Virus record (IMG/VR): IMGVR_UViG_3300043256_000464
Length of the DNA: 56,095 nucleotides
Source of the DNA: an uncultured virus (IMG/VR IMGVR_UViG_3300043256_000464)
Taxonomy: Duplodnaviria > Heunggongvirae > Uroviricota > Caudoviricetes
Strand: one strand, 5' to 3'
The notes under the pieces are model-generated. The model was not told the origin of the DNA. It did no database searches and was given only the letters and a program-made list of their open reading frames with translations. The translations under genes and the position numbers were made by a program. Shown here piece by piece: positions 55,577 to 56,095 of the stretch (within the stretch, counting starts at the first letter, position 1; each line of letters begins with the position of its first letter).

Positions 55577-56095
55577 GTCTTGTGCCTATTCAGAAAAGCT
55601 GCCATGATTTCCAACATGTAGTCCATCCTTTTCTCATCAATCCCTGGCCAAACGCCGATCCAGAATGTACTCTTGGCTATGACATCTGAATTGACAAGAT
55701 CACCTGACTGTCTAGATGATACACTTCTATACGCGGGTTGCTTCAACAAATTGCCCCCAAAAAGATTTCGCGTTCCAATTCTGTGCTTAGTCAGATATCT
55801 AACGAACTGAGCCCGAGTAAACGGCGCTTCCTTTTTAACTGTGATTAGGAAACCAAACCAACAGGGTTCCGAATTGCTTGTTTTGCGAGGCAATATTAAA
55901 AACTCTCTGTAGGGCCGGAGCCCTTCCATAATTTTGGCAAAGTTTATGGATCGCGACTCCACAAATTCGGGTAATCGTTTTAATTGCGCTAGTCCTACTG
56001 CAGCTTGAAAATCAGTCGCCTTCAAGTTATAGCCAATGTGAGAGTATATGTATTTATGGTCGTACCCTACGGGTAAGCCGGAAAACCGGTAATCG
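55573..56095 (-). CDS. rfbH: RfbH/DdhC-like NDP-4-keto-6-deoxyhexose 3-dehydratase (DegT family), 5'-truncated
   Basis: Frame open to the edge: LPVGYDHKYIYSHIGYNLKATDFQAAVGLAQL, PCWFGF, TRNLFGGNL.KQP, FWIGVWPG. Confidence 0.85.
   Translation of the reverse strand, partial: DYRFSGLPVGYDHKYIYSHIGYNLKATDFQAAVGLAQLKRLPEFVESRSINFAKIMEGLRPYREFLILPRKTSNSEPCWFGFLITVKKEAPFTRAQFVRYLTKHRIGTRNLFGGNLLKQPAYRSVSSRQSGDLVNSDVIAKSTFWIGVWPGIDEKRMDYMLEIMAAFLNRHKT

Larger units (their letters stand above)
1..56095. mobile_element. Tailed dsDNA phage/prophage genome segment
   Basis: Tape measure, tail tube, HK97-gp10-like and head-tail genes; phage replication module; dense small ORFs; no host housekeeping operons. 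Confidence 0.93.

Noticed and set aside
1..56095. CRISPR array or tandem TIGR array
   Set aside because: No periodic repeat-spacer run seen by eye; an array could lie outside the window

Overview
The whole window reads as part of a tailed dsDNA phage (or prophage) genome, probably long non-contractile-tailed. SbcC motifs and leaderless starts loosely suggest a Chloroflexota-like host (inference). No integrase, capsid or terminase is visible. Layout: (i) 1-1773, minus: gmd and a truncated HNH + Nop/IS110-Tnp-like gene missing from the ORF track; (ii) 1884-23645, plus: early/accessory genes (DUF5131, HNH, HerA-like ATPase, ATP-grasp, SbcCD, ASCH, GT87-like, two DNA methyltransferases, deaminase); (iii) 23737-33471, minus: phosphoesterase, small paralogues, RtcB, an ncRNA cluster, Rad52-like, Toprim, NADAR, SprT-like; (iv) 33881-36917, plus: replication genes with iterons; (v) 37017-56095, minus: lysis-like, tail and neck genes, glycosyltransferases and rfbH. 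Main candidates for novelty: a TasH-like protein with solitary, hairpin-enclosed TIGR-like guide units (728-783 and 44510-44572) instead of a visible tandem array; a 79-nt tmRNA tRNA-like-domain-only RNA upstream of rtcB; a repeated promoter/operator; several stand-alone small RNAs; and a possible virion glycosylation system with TG[S/T]-rich tail and neck proteins. All calls are by eye; no database searches were run.
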